From a virus (lineage: Duplodnaviria; Caudoviricetes): a stretch of 27,106 nt of DNA. The notes beneath the pieces were generated by a model, which saw only the letters and a program-made list of their open reading frames with translations, was not told the DNA's origin and did not search any database. The position numbers and the translations under genes are program-made. Below are positions 1 through 8,300 of this stretch, piece after piece (the first letter of the stretch is position 1; every line of letters begins with the position of its first letter). The stretch lies in IMG/VR virus record IMGVR_UViG_3300044983_000151, positions 1 to 27,106 of that record, one strand, 5' to 3'.

Positions 1-1200
1 CCAACGACGAGCATAGTCCACGCCAGCCACGTCCTGTGAATTCGTGCCCTCGATCGCGTCGAGGAGCTGGGTCATTGGCTGATCTATTTCGCTCTCAGTC
101 TTGTCGCCAGAGCTGGCCTTCAGACGGGACTCTTCGCTAGTGTTCTCGACGACGCCCTTCTTGATCTCAGCCTGCCCGTCCTCGACGAACTGCCTATAAA
201 GGCCCTGCGACTGCCCAATTACGAACTCCGTCCACGACAGCCACCAACGGCTCCCGAAGAACGGGAGCTTCTCGATGTCGGGATCAGAGTTGATAACGAC
301 CAGGTCTTCCAGATTCACCTTCGAGACCGTCACGCCATCGAAGACAACCTCATCCTTCTCGATCTCCGCGACGAGCCGCTCAGTATCATCGTCAATGAAG
401 AAGACCACCTTCGCCATCCGGCGAATCTTGTCCTCGGCTCGATAGTGGACCTCGAATTCACCTTTGCCGGTGGAACGAATGTCTGGCTGCTGACCGGGGA
501 ATATCTGACTGAGGCGCATCTGGAGCTGATCGGACATCGCGATGGGAATGGGCTGCTGGGTCTCCGGGTCCACCATCGTATCCACGATCTCGAAGTCCAT
601 TGAGGAGAGCATCCGTTGAGTACGGCGCTCGTATTCAGGGAAGGGAAGGGCTATCCCGTCGAGGACATCATCGTGGATAATCGCCTCAAAGGCTTTCTTG
701 ATACAGACGATCTCATCCAGCTCCCACTGGAACCAGTCGTTCAGCTCAGCCAGCTCCTCCCCTTTCAGGGAGCCGTCGACGCTGGTGAACTGCGCATACC
801 GCGTCCCCCCGAAGAGGGCCTTCATGATCCTGGCCTTCCAGGTCTCGACCATTGACGAAGTCAATGGGACCATGATATTCGCAGCCCCCTCGAAGGGGAA
901 GTCCTTAGACTCAACGACGCCGCGCCAGTTCCGGAGGAACTGCTCGTGGTTGGCGAGCCACGGTTCTAGGTTAGCAGACGCATCCTCAAAGTCCCGCATG
1001 ATCCGGTTGGCAAGGGACTCCTCCTGCTCTCGGGTCAGCTCAACAGTGCGGGCAGACCGACCCCGCTTGAGTAGCGCCTCGACGAGATCGCGCTCCTCGT
1101 CGACGGACGCCTCGCCGGCCAGCCCGCCTTCGTCTTCGGGCTGCACCTCGCGCGCGTCCTCGCCTTCGAGGTCGGGCTGCTCTGTTTGCTCGCCTGCCAT
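1..1200 (-). CDS. Portal protein (5' part, runs off the left end; absent from the ORF track)
   Basis: Hand translation from ATG at 1200: MAGEQTEQPDLEGED...RIMRDFEDASANLEPWLANHEQFLRNWRG...DFPFEGAANIMVPLTSSMVETWKARIMKALFG. No stop seen in the part translated. The PFEGAANIxVP motif is typical of podovirus-type portals and the gene lies downstream of TerL. Confidence 0.8.
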   Translation of the reverse strand, partial: MAGEQTEQPDLEGEDAREVQPEDEGGLAGEASVDEERDLVEALLKRGRSARTVELTREQEESLANRIMRDFEDASANLEPWLANHEQFLRNWRGVVESKDFPFEGAANIMVPLTSSMVETWKARIMKALFGGTRYAQFTSVDGSLKGEELAELNDWFQWELDEIVCIKKAFEAIIHDDVLDGIALPFPEYERRTQRMLSSMDFEIVDTMVDPETQQPIPIAMSDQLQMRLSQIFPGQQPDIRSTGKGEFEVHYRAEDKIRRMAKVVFFIDDDTERLVAEIEKDEVVFDGVTVSKVNLEDLVVINSDPDIEKLPFFGSRWWLSWTEFVIGQSQGLYRQFVEDGQAEIKKGVVENTSEESRLKASSGDKTESEIDQPMTQLLDAIEGTNSQDVAGVDYARRW

Positions 1201-1206
1201 GCCTAC

Positions 1207-1362
1207 CTAACGACGTGTTCGATCTGGCGCATCATTGAACAGAAACGCCAACATGCCCGCCAGGAACATCAGCCGTCCTAGCTCACAGACCTTCGGATTA
1301 ACGGAGAGCACATATAGGAGCAGGCCGATCAAGGCGACAAGGAGTGATAGATACAAGATCAT
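1207..1362 (-). CDS. Small two-TM membrane protein (51 aa), holin-like candidate
   Basis: MILYLSLLVALIGLLLYVLSVNPKVCELGRLMFLAGMLAFLFNDAPDRTRR has two hydrophobic segments and a basic C-terminus. GAGGGT lies upstream of the ATG at 1362, so the start was moved from 1425. Confidence 0.6.
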   Translation of the reverse strand: MILYLSLLVALIGLLLYVLSVNPKVCELGRLMFLAGMLAFLFNDAPDRTRR

Positions 1363-1396
1363 AGGCCACCCTCGATTGCTCGCTTCGCTCGGACGC

Positions 1397-1696
1397 TTAC
1401 TCGTCCTCGGCGCCGCTAACCTCAAACCGAGTGCCGTCCGCGGCGGTGATGTACCTCGGCGCCTCGAACGACTCCGCCGAACGATGCGAGGCCCTCCATG
1501 ACTTATACTCTTCGCTCGGAGGGTCCCACGAGACCTGAAAGCCTGGTAGCATCTCTGGCAGCTTAGGGTAGACGCGGAACAGCTTACTGAGGACCTTGGA
1601 TAGCTCGCGCTGAGCTACTTGAAGCTCCTCGGGCTGTTCGTCACCACCGAAGGACCAATGAACAATAGGGCCTAGAACTAGGGAATCATCCTCCAT
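1397..1696 (-). CDS. Hypothetical protein (99 aa)
   Basis: AAGGAG RBS upstream; co-oriented within the late operon between TerL and portal. Confidence 0.6.
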   Translation of the reverse strand: MEDDSLVLGPIVHWSFGGDEQPEELQVAQRELSKVLSKLFRVYPKLPEMLPGFQVSWDPPSEEYKSWRASHRSAESFEAPRYITAADGTRFEVSGAEDE

Positions 1697-1705
1697 GATA
1701 GCTCC

Positions 1706-1933
1706 TTATGGCTTCGCCGCCGGGACGACGGGCGCTGGGATCGCCACGACTGGCTTCGGCTGGACGTTTGATACACAGGCATCAACTGGACAGGTGATTG
1801 CGCTGGTCGCGGTGCATTGGATGAGACACGCCTCCGCCTTCGTACCACAGGCTGCGATCTGGTCCTTACAAGGCTGACTGGAAAGCGCGCAGCCCGAAAT
1901 CGCCAACAGACACGCCAACATGATTGCCCTCAT
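1706..1933 (-). CDS. Small Cys-rich lipoprotein
   Basis: Signal peptide with lipobox (MRAIMLACLLAISG-C), six further Cys and a Pro-rich tail; GGAGG RBS. Confidence 0.65.
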   Translation of the reverse strand: MRAIMLACLLAISGCALSSQPCKDQIAACGTKAEACLIQCTATSAITCPVDACVSNVQPKPVVAIPAPVVPAAKP

Positions 1934-1944
1934 ACTGTCCTCCT

Positions 1945-3459
1945 CTAAGCGTATGCCCGTATTCGCTTCTGCAAATATGAATCAGGCAGCCGCCTGATAA
2001 TCTTATTCGTCTGCGTCAGCACATCAAAGCTCGGCTTCGAGACGGCGACATAGCGGTGGATGTCCGGCCAATCTTTGTATCGGTCCTTCGGCTTCTCCTT
2101 CGCGTCGACATCCCGCCTTCGAGAGATGTCCTCCCACGCGTATCGGCACATCGCGTGGACCGGCCCTGTCTTCCCCAGGCAAGCCTGGGTCCAGATCATC
2201 TTTGGCTCGTCGCCGTCCAGGTACGATCTCACACAGGTATGCCCATAGCGCAGATCGTCATCGGGCAGCTCGACGTAATAGCCATGCTCCTCAAACGTAT
2301 CCGCCCAGCAAGTCCCGTCTTTCTGCCGTGCCTTCCCCCGATTCGGGTCCATGTAGCATATAACCGGATGACTCGGCATCTCCTCCTCCGCCTCGGAGAG
2401 CTTCTCGAATATCTCCCTCTCAGAACCGGTCGCGAGGACGTACTTGAACCAGACAATCCGATCATTCGGGTCGACATAACCATAAAGCGCGAAGACGGGC
2501 TTCCGCTCATGGGGGTCGACACCGAGGATGATCGGGTGGTACTGAGGCAGTTCGTGGTCTTCTATCACGAAGGGCGCGTGCGCAGTGAAGTTCTTGTAGA
2601 CCAGACCCACCAGGGCCTTTGGTCTGCCCGTCTCGCGGACCTGCCGCTCATCGTCATCCAGGCTAGCTAGGAAGTCCGCCTTAGCGGACTCCGAGAGCCA
2701 CACGTTATCGTGGATAGTCCCCTCGAAGACCTTGACGTAGGATTGCTCCTCTGCGATGTCGAATAGCCATGCTTCCTTGAGCAGCGTGGCCGTGATATAT
2801 AGCTTCCCGTCATGCACAACCAGACCACGGAAGATAGCGGTGAACAAGTCCCGCGGCGGCGGCTCATCGCACCAGGCGTCGTCCCAGTCCTTGCCTTCGG
2901 CTTTGTCGGAGCCTTGGTCGTAGGTTCTGAAGTAGGAAATGGAGCCATTGGCCCACTGGATGTCCACAACTTGACCAGCTGAGTTCTTGTGGTGTGTCTT
3001 ATAGAAGCCAGCGGGCGCCCAGGTAAGGATGGACGGAAGGGTAACCTCCTTATGCGAATCAAAGTCCTCTGCGAAGATAACGCCGTTAGACGGCACCTTC
3101 GTAGAGAACTTCCGACCAGGCCGATCCCAGAGCGGCCCGCCGTATCGACGCTCTAGGTGCCGAATGGCCCCGGCGTTGGTCTTCCCTGACTTGTTGCCGG
3201 CAAAGTAGGCGTAAACGCGCGTCGCAGGATCACAGCAAGCCGAGAAGTCGAACTGCCCACCTGGATTCGGCCGCCAGAAGCGGACCGGATCGGCCTCAAT
3301 GACCTTCTTCAGGTCCTCCTGCCCTATGCGGACGGCGAGGAGCTGGTCCCTAGACAAGCGGGCCAGCTCCTCGGGGGGCGGCGTCAGCCGGGCTACCGTG
3401 CGGGTTAGGTAGTCCGCTGGGGCCTTACCTGGGTATCCTATGAGGCCAGAGAGGGGCAT
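1945..3459 (-). CDS. terL: Terminase large subunit
   Basis: Walker A AGNKSGKT, Walker B WCDEPPP, coupling motif TATL, nuclease motif ILGVDPH and C-terminal KDWPDIHRY; 504 aa, upstream of portal. Confidence 0.92.
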   Translation of the reverse strand: MPLSGLIGYPGKAPADYLTRTVARLTPPPEELARLSRDQLLAVRIGQEDLKKVIEADPVRFWRPNPGGQFDFSACCDPATRVYAYFAGNKSGKTNAGAIRHLERRYGGPLWDRPGRKFSTKVPSNGVIFAEDFDSHKEVTLPSILTWAPAGFYKTHHKNSAGQVVDIQWANGSISYFRTYDQGSDKAEGKDWDDAWCDEPPPRDLFTAIFRGLVVHDGKLYITATLLKEAWLFDIAEEQSYVKVFEGTIHDNVWLSESAKADFLASLDDDERQVRETGRPKALVGLVYKNFTAHAPFVIEDHELPQYHPIILGVDPHERKPVFALYGYVDPNDRIVWFKYVLATGSEREIFEKLSEAEEEMPSHPVICYMDPNRGKARQKDGTCWADTFEEHGYYVELPDDDLRYGHTCVRSYLDGDEPKMIWTQACLGKTGPVHAMCRYAWEDISRRRDVDAKEKPKDRYKDWPDIHRYVAVSKPSFDVLTQTNKIIRRLPDSYLQKRIRAYA

Positions 3460-3690
3460 CTATTGTATGACCGCCTCTTTGGCGTCGTCTTGGGCCTCCA
3501 TCAAGAACATATCGACAAAGGCTCGACGAGATTTTTCTCCCATGCAGAGATGAAGCTCTGTTCCGTCTTCTAATGGAATCCTGGCAGTCCAGCGCGGCTC
3601 ACCTGAGACCGGGATACGTCCATTGGCCTCTGGGTCGTCATCGGCACGTAGGGTCAAGATGGGACGGCGAGATGTAGTATTACCATCCAT
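3460..3690 (-). CDS. Hypothetical protein (76 aa)
   Basis: Abuts TerL and overlaps the stop codon of the upstream gene, suggesting translational coupling. Confidence 0.6.
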   Translation of the reverse strand: MDGNTTSRRPILTLRADDDPEANGRIPVSGEPRWTARIPLEDGTELHLCMGEKSRRAFVDMFLMEAQDDAKEAVIQ

Positions 3691-4169
3691 CAGTGGACCG
3701 TCCTCGTCCTCGGTCCGGAAGGATCGGGCGGCTCGGGCAGGCCCGCTTCGCGGAAGACGGACTTCCTGATTTCCTCCTCGGACATATCCTTAAATCGCTG
3801 ATCCGCCGGGTCGGCCTTACTAACCTCCAGCTTCTGCGTCGGGCTGTGCCCGGCCCGATCCAGGATTGCGACGCAGGCAATCGTAGAGACACGGTCATCT
3901 GCGCTCTGCGTCGCGTTGTGGAAGAGGCGACTCGCGCAGGCGGGTGCCATCGCTTGGAAGTCTGTCCGGACATCCAGGATGGTCTCAAACGCCTGATCCC
4001 GGACACGATCAAGCAGCGCCTGCGCATCCGGCGAATTGATGATATTCGAACACGTCTGGACCGTCACGCCGAGTTCATGAGAAATCTCGTCCAGCGTATA
4101 ACCCTGATGGTACATCAGGAGGATCTTCAAATGCAGCGGCTTATAGCCGCGCTTTGGGTTAGTTGCCAT
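3690..4169 (-). CDS. Putative terminase small subunit (N-terminal HTH)
   Basis: HTH-like YTLDEISHELGVTVQTCSNII, helical middle and an ILDRAGH motif common in TerS-like proteins. First gene of the late operon; GGAG RBS favours the start MATNPKRG at 4169. Confidence 0.65.
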   Translation of the reverse strand: MATNPKRGYKPLHLKILLMYHQGYTLDEISHELGVTVQTCSNIINSPDAQALLDRVRDQAFETILDVRTDFQAMAPACASRLFHNATQSADDRVSTIACVAILDRAGHSPTQKLEVSKADPADQRFKDMSEEEIRKSVFREAGLPEPPDPSGPRTRTVH

Positions 4170-4360
4170 GTCTAATTCTCCGACTGCCCCGAAGGGGCAA
4201 CGCACGAGAATGCCCTAGGAGCTGCGCAAAGCGCGGGATGAGCCAGCGCCCCGCCCGCTCTCCCGTTCGCGCCGCTGGTGCCCCGCCGTGCTTCATTAGA
4301 GCCATTCTCGCACACCGGGCGCCCCGCCCGCAAGGCCGCAGGGAGCGCCCCGCGCTCCAA

Positions 4361-4389
4361 GGCTAGCCTGTGCAGCGTGCACACCCTAG
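4361..4389. repeat. Degenerate copy of the palindromic element at 14636-14666
   Basis: GGCTAGCCTGTGCAGCGTGCACACCCTAG matches the reverse complement of the 14636 element at 26 of 29 positions. Confidence 0.75.
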
Positions 4390-4532
4390 AAGGTGGATGT
4401 GCCTGTCGAAGTTAGCTCGACAGTGGTTGACGTAGATTTGGACCAGAATTATCTATGGGGTGATACCCCACTCGCTGCGCTCGTTGGGCGGGGACGGGGG
4501 GCCTGGGACCCCCGGGGGTGCTCTGTCGTGTG

Positions 4533-4690
4533 GTTGACAATTCACATTGTATAGTGGCCAGCGAGCTGGCAGGTCGAGGACTTGACAATGTTGGTTGTAT
4601 AGTGTTGAGCGGGTCTGCTCGTCGAGTGGTACAGGAGCAGCCCGTTGGGGGAGGTCCGTTTAGGGGCTATACAATGTGAATTGTATAGTG
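4533..4690. promoter_or_regulatory. Three operator-like dyads, ACAAT-N4-(A/G)TTGTATAGTG
   Basis: 4534 TTGACAATTCACATTGTATAGTG; 4582 TTGACAATGTTGGTTGTATAGTG; 4667 CTATACAATGTGAATTGTATAGTG (perfect 9-bp arms). Confidence 0.65.
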
Positions 4691-4697
4691 GCAGGAC

Positions 4698-4735
4698 AAA
4701 AAAGAACGGGGCAGGGTTTGCCTGCCCCGTTTTGT
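4698..4735 (-). terminator. Intrinsic terminator of the leftward early operon (possibly bidirectional)
   Basis: 11-bp stem AACGGGGCAGG/CCTGCCCCGTT with a 5-nt loop. It is followed by CTTTTTT on the minus strand and TTGTT on the plus strand, just after the stop at 4744. Confidence 0.8.
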
Positions 4736-4743
4736 TCAGCGTC

Positions 4744-4926
4744 CTACGCTACTTGCTTCAAGGTCTCGCGCATCTCGTCGCAGCAGAGCAGGCAAGTCAC
4801 ATACTTGCCGAGTTCGTCGCGTCGGTAATACTCTCGGGCCTGCTCGAAAGCATACCCGTTGCCCACCAGCACCACACCACATATCGACTCTTCGAGATCA
4901 TCCGGCATACAAACGTGTTCGACCAT
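4744..4926 (-). CDS. Small Cys-containing hypothetical protein (60 aa)
   Basis: GGAGG RBS precedes the ATG at 4926 (MVEHVCMPDD...VTCLLCCDEM); preferred over the TTG at 4998. Confidence 0.55.
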   Translation of the reverse strand: MVEHVCMPDDLEESICGVVLVGNGYAFEQAREYYRRDELGKYVTCLLCCDEMRETLKQVA

Positions 4927-4998
4927 CGCGCCCTCCGTTTTTCTGGAAAGAATGGGCGAGTAGACAAAGTTGCCATACTCGCCCACTTTCCTATCCAA

Positions 4999-5190
4999 CT
5001 AGACGCCCGCTGTAAGCGCGCGCATGATCGGCGCGTTCTTACCTTGCTGCTCGACCCATGCGTATGCTCGCCGGTACTTGCTCATCTCGGCAATAGCGGC
5101 GTCGGTAGCGTTCGCCAGGGTGTAGTGGATAGATGCCGGCGAACGGCCTTCGCCATGTTCGCCAGCGGTTACGATGTAAACGAATTGCAT
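4999..5190 (-). CDS. Hypothetical protein (63 aa)
   Basis: MQFVYIVTAGEHGEG...; purine-rich leader; sits in the leftward gene run. Confidence 0.55.
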   Translation of the reverse strand: MQFVYIVTAGEHGEGRSPASIHYTLANATDAAIAEMSKYRRAYAWVEQQGKNAPIMRALTAGV

Positions 5191-5220
5191 CTTTTCCGTT
5201 CTTGCCTCCGCAAGTGCGAA

Positions 5221-5246
5221 CGGGGGAGTCCGTCGAGACTCCCCCG
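5221..5246. other. Intergenic GC hairpin
   Basis: CGGGGGAGTC-cgtcga-GACTCCCCCG, perfect 10-bp stem with no clear U-tract. Confidence 0.6.
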
Positions 5247-5271
5247 CTGCTGCTAGTTGGTTGGCGCTTAG

Positions 5272-5733
5272 CTACGCCAGGGCGTTCGGATCGAACTCGC
5301 GCTCGCCCCTGGTGCGTTGACCAGGAGTGGCTGGCTTGCCGAATTGTTCCTTGAGCGCAGCGCCGATGCTGTTCTTGCCTTGCTGGTGGCTCAAGCGATT
5401 GCCGCGCTGCCAGTCTCCAGCGAACGCTTGAAACTGATTGCCCTCGAACATGGGCGCCTTGCTCGGGAAGTCCTTAGGCTGGCCCTTGTAGAGGGCGGTG
5501 AACTTCCCACCCGCCGCTTCTCGCTGACTTGCCAACACGCGCCGGATCTCGGCAACGAGGCTATCCTCATCCGTGCACTTGACAATGTCGAGCGTCGGCA
5601 CAGCGCGGTTCAAGCTGTGCTTCTGCCCATCCTTGCTATCCTCGGCAGACAGCGTGCTCACGACCACATCTACCGGGCCTGCCGCACTTCCGTTCCCCTT
5701 GGGCGCTGTTACGCCCGCCGTCGGTGTTGCCAT
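5272..5733 (-). CDS. Hypothetical protein (153 aa)
   Basis: Long ORF co-oriented with neighbours and with regular codon use; ends ...REFDPNALA. Confidence 0.7.
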   Translation of the reverse strand: MATPTAGVTAPKGNGSAAGPVDVVVSTLSAEDSKDGQKHSLNRAVPTLDIVKCTDEDSLVAEIRRVLASQREAAGGKFTALYKGQPKDFPSKAPMFEGNQFQAFAGDWQRGNRLSHQQGKNSIGAALKEQFGKPATPGQRTRGEREFDPNALA

Positions 5734-5778
5734 GTTGCCTACTCGCTTTCTGCGGCGTTTGCCGCGTTCAGTGCACGC

Positions 5779-5937
5779 TTAGCTGCGTGCGGGCGAATCA
5801 TCAATCTCGACTCCGAGTTCCGCTGCCGCCTGCTCGGAGAGCCATTTGCGTTCTTCACTGGTAAGCGCCTTGAGTTCCTCGATGGTAACAGGTCGGGTGG
5901 TTCCGAAGTACTTACGGATCACTTCAAAACGGGTCAT
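5779..5937 (-). CDS. Small helical protein (52 aa; not in the ORF track)
   Basis: Hand translation MTRFEVIRKYFGTTRPVTIEELKALTSEERKWLSEQAAAELGVEIDDSPARS; GGGAG RBS; fills the gap in the leftward operon. Confidence 0.7.
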   Translation of the reverse strand: MTRFEVIRKYFGTTRPVTIEELKALTSEERKWLSEQAAAELGVEIDDSPARS

Positions 5938-5969
5938 GCGTTCTCTCCCTGCGGCGCGGGCGCCGCTGT

Positions 5970-6173
5970 TTAGTGGAGCGCCAATTCGCTCATACCGGGA
6001 GCATAGCCGTTCTGAAGGATGCGGTCAACAGGCAATGCGAGCGCGGCCAAGTATTCGCCCATCGCGACCGCGTGCTCTCGGCAGATCGCCGTTTGGCCGC
6101 TGGTGCGGCCATCGGGCCGAAGGGCGAGAATATGAACCGCAGCGCGGGCGCCGCATACGCAACGTGCATCCAT
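5970..6173 (-). CDS. Small Zn-binding hypothetical protein (CxC...CxxH)
   Basis: AAGGAGG RBS precedes the ATG at 6173 (MDARCVCG...ICREHA). Confidence 0.6.
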   Translation of the reverse strand: MDARCVCGARAAVHILALRPDGRTSGQTAICREHAVAMGEYLAALALPVDRILQNGYAPGMSELALH

Positions 6174-6200
6174 GTTGATTGCCTCCTTTTCCATGCTTCC

Positions 6201-6247
6201 TTTGTAACTCAGCTCGCGGGGCGAGTCAATACATATTCGAGAATATG
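6201..6247 (-). promoter_or_regulatory. Candidate sigma70 promoter for the leftward operon, with adjacent palindrome
   Basis: Minus strand TTGACT-17 nt-TACAAA (weak -10). CATATTC-GA-GAATATG dyad at 6232-6247 lies just upstream of the -35. Confidence 0.4.
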
Positions 6248-6414
6248 GGCTGATTTATTTTCGCCAACGAAGCGCGGTGGTATGAGTGTCGGTTATCGGC
6301 GGGGGAGTAGGCGCGGCTAGACGAAGTGGTCGTGTAGGGGGTCGCGGGAAGGCATCTACGCGGCTACCTATACGACGCCGCACCAGGGGTCGTGCACAGG
6401 CACAATGGTCCTGG

Positions 6415-6640
6415 CTCTCTCCCTCCCCCCACCGGCCTCTCGCCCCCTACCTTCCCGTCTGACTTCCTCTGTCTGACTCTCTCGTCGCTCTTTCCGTCTC
6501 ACTCTCTGTCTGTCCTATATACTATATATTAATATATATATAATATATATAAGAGACAGACGGAGCCAAGACGGGAGAGAGCGACGAGAGTGAGACAGGA
6601 AGGTGAACAGGGCGGGTGAGCGGGGGAGGGAGAGAGAGGC
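6415..6640. other. Origin-like quasi-palindrome: pyrimidine arm, AT core, purine arm
   Basis: 37-bp core at 6516-6552 is all A/T but one base, in a GC-rich genome. Complementary arm blocks: CTCTCTCCCTCCCCC/GGGGGAGGGAGAGAG and CTCTCGTCGCTCT/AGAGCGACGAGAG. It lies between divergent operons. Confidence 0.65.
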
Positions 6641-6751
6641 AGGACCGTAATGCCTGCGTAGGGGGCTGTGTAGGGTATCGTGGACGGGAACGTATGAGTG
6701 CCTGTGCAAGGGCACTGTGTTAGAACTAGCGAATACGCTAGCCCTACACGC

Positions 6752-6780
6752 TTGAACACAGCCCGAATCCGTGCCATACT
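6752..6780 (+). promoter_or_regulatory. Candidate sigma70 promoter of the rightward operon
   Basis: TTGAAC-17 nt-CATACT with extended -10 TGn, about 30 nt upstream of the first rightward gene. Confidence 0.5.
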
Positions 6781-6808
6781 TCCCCCATCAAAGGAGGAGC
6801 AGCCCGAA

Positions 6809-7027
6809 ATGGCCTACTACCGTCGAGTATCCGGCAAGCGGACACGCGCTCAGATTACTATCGTCCTTCGGCTGGAGGACTGGGATATCATCAGGACGCA
6901 CATGCCGAATGTGTCATACAGTAAGTTCTTCATCGACGCGGCCTTCAAAGCCCTCGGTATCCCGAGAGGCGATCCTAAGTCTGATCACCTCTCAGACGAC
7001 GACTTTGAGAGAGCGGACAACAACTAG
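6809..7027 (+). CDS. Putative ribbon-helix-helix DNA-binding protein
   Basis: AGGAGG RBS and ATG at 6809. Alternating strand RAQITIVL followed by two helices (LEDWDIIRT; SYSKFFIDAAFKAL). Confidence 0.55.
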   Translation: MAYYRRVSGKRTRAQITIVLRLEDWDIIRTHMPNVSYSKFFIDAAFKALGIPRGDPKSDHLSDDDFERADNN

Positions 7028-7048
7028 CACACACAGGAGCAGCCCGAG

Positions 7049-7315
7049 ATGAAGTACACCAGTAGACAAGTCATCTACCTCTCCGAGCGCCTCAAGGCAC
7101 AGATAGACATCCTGCGCGGACCAGAGCCCTTTTCAACCTTCGTTAGCAAGGTGCTTGCGTCCTTTGTGGCGACGGAGCGACAAGGCATAAGCGTGGCTAT
7201 GCCGACCCAAGCTGCGCCCACTGAGAGTCCATATGTTCGAGCATTTACATCGGAGGAGGGCGAGAGACTACAACAAGCGTCTGTGAGGAGTCAGGATGAT
7301 GATGTATCAGACTAG
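7049..7315 (+). CDS. Putative ribbon-helix-helix (CopG/Arc-like) protein
   Basis: RQVIYLSERLKAQIDILRGPEPFSTFVSKVL fits the strand-helix-turn-S-helix RHH pattern; AGGAG RBS. Confidence 0.55.
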   Translation: MKYTSRQVIYLSERLKAQIDILRGPEPFSTFVSKVLASFVATERQGISVAMPTQAAPTESPYVRAFTSEEGERLQQASVRSQDDDVSD

Positions 7316-7730
7316 TCTCCCTGGCCTCTGGCTCATTGGCTGTCGAGCGGACATGGACGCGGCTCGCCTAGATCGTCTAGTGCGTCGCTTTTGTAAGCAG
7401 TTCGGCGTCCAAATCGAACGGGCCGCTCCGCGAGAAGACCCACACATACGGCCAGCGTCTTACCACCTCGACTGGCACATCGACGCTTGGCACAACCCCG
7501 CTCTGATCCGGCCTGTGATCTACATTACTACCAGCCCGATTCCGTTCTGTCCCGGTACGCTGTTCAGGTCGGTCGACGGGCAAATCCTCGAGACGCGCGC
7601 CGGCGAAATCTACCTCTCCAGCGGTCTTGTCGAGCACAAGCCGCCCGTCTTCAGCGGGAAGCGGACTGTTCTGAGGTACTTCCTTCGGAAGGAGTCGGTG
7701 GGTGAGTTGCTCGACTTCCTATGCCAGTAG
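7296..7730 (+). CDS. Small 2OG-Fe(II) dioxygenase-like (DSBH) protein
   Basis: HxD (WHID), GTLF, distal His (VEH) and a downstream Arg strand (KRTVLR), in the canonical order. Confidence 0.55.
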   Translation: MMMYQTSLPGLWLIGCRADMDAARLDRLVRRFCKQFGVQIERAAPREDPHIRPASYHLDWHIDAWHNPALIRPVIYITTSPIPFCPGTLFRSVDGQILETRAGEIYLSSGLVEHKPPVFSGKRTVLRYFLRKESVGELLDFLCQ

Positions 7731-7912
7731 CCAAACAACGCTGCCCGACCTGCGGTCACCTCATGCGGACACATCGCAAGTGCGTCGGTCAATACACCAG
7801 CTGCCGTCTCCCAGCGTGCCCATGCGGGAAAACGTCTTTTATACAAAGCCAGATCGACCGAGCGAATAGCTACTGGAAGAAGAGACTTCGTCCGTTCCGC
7901 AAGGTGGAATGA
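7721..7912 (+). CDS. Small Cys/His-rich Zn-finger protein
   Basis: CPTCGH...H..C.....C....CPC pattern; overlaps the upstream stop. Confidence 0.55.
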   Translation: MPVAKQRCPTCGHLMRTHRKCVGQYTSCRLPACPCGKTSFIQSQIDRANSYWKKRLRPFRKVE

Positions 7913-8054
7913 ATGACATTTATACAGGCCTACCCACACATGATCCCTTTTCATTTGCCAGGATGGGTGGTTCTGGTACACTGGCCTTGCCACCCGGTCC
8001 ACCCTGGGCGTGCCTTGTCGGACTTTCCCGACAAGAGATCGAACGGAGGCATGT

Positions 8055-8300
8055 ATGCCGACCACCCATCACGACTGCGTTGACTCACGGCTCGTCTTCA
8101 CGAGCAGCTCGGAACAGCGAGACCCTCTCGACCACTGCAACACACACGGACGCTGCGCGCACGCCCACTATGACCCCCGTCTAGAACCGGCCGAAGGCCG
8201 GCCTGCGTCGGAGCGCGGTCTGCACTCAAATCAGCCTAAGCAGGAGCAGACATGGAATGGGCAGCCTGCCGGCTCTGTCAACGTGAACCGACGTTCCTAG
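8055..8300 (+). CDS. Possible His/Cys-rich hypothetical protein
   Basis: ACGGAGG RBS before the ATG at 8055. The competing frame 7909..8184 exists and this ORF overlaps the next gene, so the call is uncertain. Confidence 0.3.
   Translation: MPTTHHDCVDSRLVFTSSSEQRDPLDHCNTHGRCAHAHYDPRLEPAEGRPASERGLHSNQPKQEQTWNGQPAGSVNVNRRS

Noticed and set aside
4534-4603. TTGACA...TATAGT as sigma70 promoters
   Set aside because: The spacer is 10 bp, not about 17; treated as dyad boxes instead.
4744-5190. In-frame TAG between 4999..5190 and 4744..4998 as amber read-through or recoding
   Set aside because: The downstream gene has its own GGAGG RBS and ATG at 4926, and TAG ends many well-defined genes here.
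4645-5973. Long plus-strand ORFs 4645..5256 and 5317..5973, and similar antisense ORFs such as 2056..2670 and 19220..20119
   Set aside because: They are shadows of better-supported opposite-strand genes in GC-rich DNA, with no motifs; 4645 would also run through the terminator.
6515-6777. Minus-strand ORFs ending in YI-rich tails
   Set aside because: Translation artefacts of the low-complexity origin-like element.
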